Positions 62,201 to 64,000 of a DNA stretch of 64,000 nucleotides are shown piece by piece (the first letter of the stretch is position 1; each line of letters begins with the position of its first letter). The notes beneath the pieces were generated by a model. The model was not told the DNA's origin and ran no database searches. It was given only the letters and a program-made list of their open reading frames with translations. The position numbers and the translations under genes are program-made. The stretch spans positions 78,182,001-78,246,000 of the forward strand of contig OZ360229.1 in the NCBI GenBank assembly GCA_977017645.1, given 5' to 3'. This DNA comes from Torpedo marmorata (Eukaryota).

Positions 62201-63381
62201 TCCGACGCTGATGGCAGCTCCCGTAGCGCACACGTGTCGCTACAAGATGGCGGCGCTGGAAGTGCTGGCAGAGCCGCGGCGAGGTTGTAAAATGGCCGCG
62301 CCGGAAATGTAGAAACCGGAAGTGCTGAAGGCCAAGATGGCCGCCTCCATTCCTCGCACGAGGTCTCCGCCGGAAGTGACGACCGGTAAGATGGCCGCTC
62401 CCTTACTTCGCACGCGGCGCTGCTCGAAACCGGAAGTGCTGAAGGCCAAGATGGCCGCCTCCATTCCTCGCACGAGGTCTCCGCCGGAAGTGACGACAGG
62501 TAAGATGGCCGCTCCCTTACTTCGCACGCGGCGCTGCTCGGACCCGTACGCGACTTGGAGCGGCAGGCCTTTGCGTAGTGGCCTTTCTTGCCGCAGCTAG
62601 AACAAGTCGCGTCTCGGGCCGGGCAGCGCTTACGTGGGTGTTTGTCGAGCCCGCAGAAGTAGCACTTCTCGGGCTCCCGGGTGACAGCGGCAGCGGTTAA
62701 CTCACGGGTGGCGGCGGGCTCCCGGGTAGCGGCGGCAGCGGCCAACTCACGGATAGCGTCGGCGGCGGCGAGCGGGTCCCGGTAGACGGCAGCGGCCGTC
62801 GCGTTGCTTGCAGGGCTGGCGGTTGGGGCGATCCAAGAGGCAGGCTGCGCCTGCATAGCGTCAGCGTTCTTGAGCGCCGATTCCAGCGTGAGGGCATTCT
62901 GAACGGTAGATCTCAGGGTCAGGTCGGCGTGTTCCAGCAATCGCTGGCGAATGTAAACCGACCTGAGCCCCATAATGATCGTGTCCCTTGCCAATATTTC
63001 GGCGTGTTGCTCAGCCGTCAGGGCTCGGCAATCGCACGCCCGCACCAGGAGCATCACGTCCTGGATATATTCAGAGATCGACTCTCCGGGTCGCTGGTAC
63101 CGTTGCGATAACCGGTGCCTCGCGAAAACCTCGTTCACCGGCGTCAGGTACAGCCTTCGGAGGGCTTCCAAGGCATCCTCATAGGTATCACAGTCTCTGA
63201 CAGTGCCATACACTCGTTTGCTTACCCTGGACATGAGGATGTCGAGTTTATTCTCGTTTGTAACCGCTCTGGTCGACCTCAGGAAGGCTACGAAGCAGCG
63301 CAGCCAGAGTTCAAAGTCACTTGCAGCGTCTTGGGCCAGGGGGTCGATGTCCAGCTTGTCCGGCCTCAGAAAATTCTCCAT
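59269..63381 (-). CDS. Gag-Pol polyprotein, 1370 aa, uninterrupted
   Basis: Two CCHC knuckles (CYFCGLDKHPRKRC, CSSCGKKGHYAKAC), protease LFDTGS, RT YLDD, RNase H (SDAS...EKEA...TDQ), integrase HHCC plus D-D-E (VDFKG, HSDRG, QVER). The PR-RT-RH-IN order is gypsy; no chromodomain or env. Confidence 0.97.
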   Translation of the reverse strand: MENFLRPDKLDIDPLAQDAASDFELWLRCFVAFLRSTRAVTNENKLDILMSRVSKRVYGTVRDCDTYEDALEALRRLYLTPVNEVFARHRLSQRYQRPGESISEYIQDVMLLVRACDCRALTAEQHAEILARDTIIMGLRSVYIRQRLLEHADLTLRSTVQNALTLESALKNADAMQAQPASWIAPTASPASNATAAAVYRDPLAAADAIRELAAAAATREPAATRELTAAAVTREPEKCYFCGLDKHPRKRCPARDATCSSCGKKGHYAKACRSKSRTGPSSAACEVRERPSYLSSLPAETSCEEWRRPSWPSALPVSSSAACEVRERPSYRSSLPAETSCEEWRRPSWPSALPVSTFPARPFYNLAAALPALPAPPSCSDTCALRELPSASDQDDSSDQDYVSTLASVMLDQSAPHQLSRSMMDILVEGHKTTCLFDTGSTESFVHPDTAQRCGLTIVPVSQRVAMASGTHTTDIRGGCVANIVVQGTEYRGFSLMVMPRLCAPVLLGLDFQSHLRSVTMHYDGPHPPIVVTNPQYLNNTPQTTCGLSTLKTQPPPLFANLTPDCKPVATKSRRYSAGDRAFIKAEVHRLLGEGIIAPSNSPWRAQVVVVKNGAKSRMVVDYSQTINRFTQLDAYPLPRIADMVNQIAQYKVFSTIDLKSAYHQLPIRREDRAYTAFEADGRLFHFLRVPFGVTNGVSVFQREMDRIIDQFKLTATFPYLDDITICGHDRQDHDRNLRKFLQAAKTLNLTYNEEKCVFGTTRLAILGCVVENGVIGPDPDCMRPLLELPIPLTPKALKRCLGFFSYYAQWVPNYADKARPLVKSTKFPLAAEAREAFDLIKGDIARAAMHAVDESEPFQVESDASDFALAATLNQAGRPVAFFSRTLQGPEIRHSAVEKEAQAIVEAVRHWRHYLAGKHFTLLTDQRSVAFMFNSQQRGKIKNDKIMRWRIELSTYNYDIMYRPGKLNEPSDALSRGSCASAQIDRLYSLHNDLCHPGVTRLFHFIKARNLPFSLDEVRTMTSSCRVCAECKPQYYRPVRAQLVKATRPFERLSVDFKGPLPSTNRNVYFLNIIDEYSRFPFAIPCPDTSAASAIKALRQVFTLFGFPSYIHSDRGSAFMSEELRQHLQTRGIATSRTTGYNPRGNGQVERENATVWTATLLALKSKGWPVARWQEVLPDALHSIRSLLCTATNATPHERLFSFPRKSTTGTTLPAWLTSPGPVLLRKHLRSSKYEPLVERVQLIHANPQYAFVVFPDGREDTVSIRDLAPAGASEEVPDSGNAGSQLPPPAHPPPSTAGTTPQPELERPQARQEANQTQTHPTTPTPIPQPQPSPQASRTLIPQPLPSPLVLRRSQRRIRPPVRLNL
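62312..62540. repeat. 114-bp in-frame tandem duplication in the Gag-protease linker
   Basis: 38-aa unit SSAACEVRERPSY(L/R)SSLPAETSCEEWRRPSWPSALPVS occurs twice. Confidence 0.95.
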
Positions 63382-63406
63382 CGGATTTTAAAACTGGTAT
63401 TAAAAT

Positions 63407-63668
63407 TGATGTACCTATCAATGACAGACGCGAGTCTGGAAGTGCAGGAAATCAATAGGCTTTTAATACCAGAAATCAGGCCAGGGCTAAGCTACACTTT
63501 GACCTGGTGATCCCTGCTGGATTGTCCCGGAACTGAGGGAGGAGTCAATGGCTCAAGGCCTTTATTCCAGGGGAAAGGGGGGAGGAGTCACCGGGACAGA
63601 CAGACAGGTCATGGTCATACTTGCCTCAGGCCACAATACATATATACATACTAAAGTGGTTTACCACA
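63407..63668 (-). repeat. 5' LTR
   Basis: Direct repeat of 58904-59165; TATA-like GAATAAAGG followed by initiator-like TCAGTT; ATTAAA polyA-like signal. Confidence 0.97.
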
Positions 63669-64000
63669 ACCCCATTGTCCTTGAGGCCACTTTCTCTGAT
63701 CGCCATTCCAAGCTCTTTTCAAGAAACTGAAATTATTTTGTCTCACAGCTTTCCTGATTTTCCTGGTTTGTGCTTGATGCTACTTTAGACAATAAAATAC
63801 ATTGGCACACCTTGGAACAAAGCAACATCTCAATTCAACTGAGCCACTTGCGTGGTTGAATAAGGGGAGACCAATGCTTCCTCACAGTGGGTTTAACCAG
63901 GTAAATGTATTATTTATAGAATCTGTGAGCAGGCATTGGAAATTGCAGTGAATGCGAACTTTGTTACCTCTCACACACCTCATCAACACACAGCCACGTA

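Larger units (their letters stand above)
58904..63668 (-). mobile_element. Full-length Ty3/gypsy LTR retrotransposon (Mag-like), very recent
   Basis: 262-bp LTRs (TG...CA) at 58904-59165 and 63407-63668 differing at one base; 5-bp TSD ACCCC (58899-58903, 63669-63673); PPT at 59166-59180; single intact ORF. Confidence 0.98.

Noticed and set aside
59276-63510. Multiple plus-strand ORFs within the gypsy element
   Set aside because: Antisense shadows of a GC-rich coding sequence; no recognisable domains and no env-like ORF.
57967-64000. VASE 30-nt microexon (ASWTRPEKQE-like)
   Set aside because: No matching AG-GT-bounded segment seen; if present it lies beyond the window.

Overview
Vertebrate genomic DNA, almost certainly from a cartilaginous fish (HE1-type V-SINEs, shark/ray-type CR1 and Penelope remnants). 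The whole window lies inside an NCAM1 gene on the minus strand. Six constitutive exons (end of Ig4, Ig5, FN1, start of FN2; equivalent to mammalian exons 8-13) are recognisable by translation and GT-AG boundaries. The 38-kb intron between the exon-12 and exon-13 equivalents contains what looks like a complete alternatively spliced hinge (MSD-type) microexon cassette that the ORF track cannot show: 18/21 nt, 33 nt, 42 nt and the 3-nt AAG exon, plus stop-containing SEC-like candidates and clustered RBFOX motifs. The introns are dense with transposons. These include a young, intact Ty3/gypsy element whose primer-binding site is complementary to its own LTR rather than a tRNA (candidate self-priming), a degenerate POGK-like pogo transposon with a non-autonomous derivative, a hAT element carrying a GC-rich insert, nested SINE>CR1>MITE insertions, a truncated L1 with a 16-bp TSD, Harbinger-like MITEs and solo LTRs. 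All calls come from reading the sequence by eye; boundaries of old repeats are approximate.
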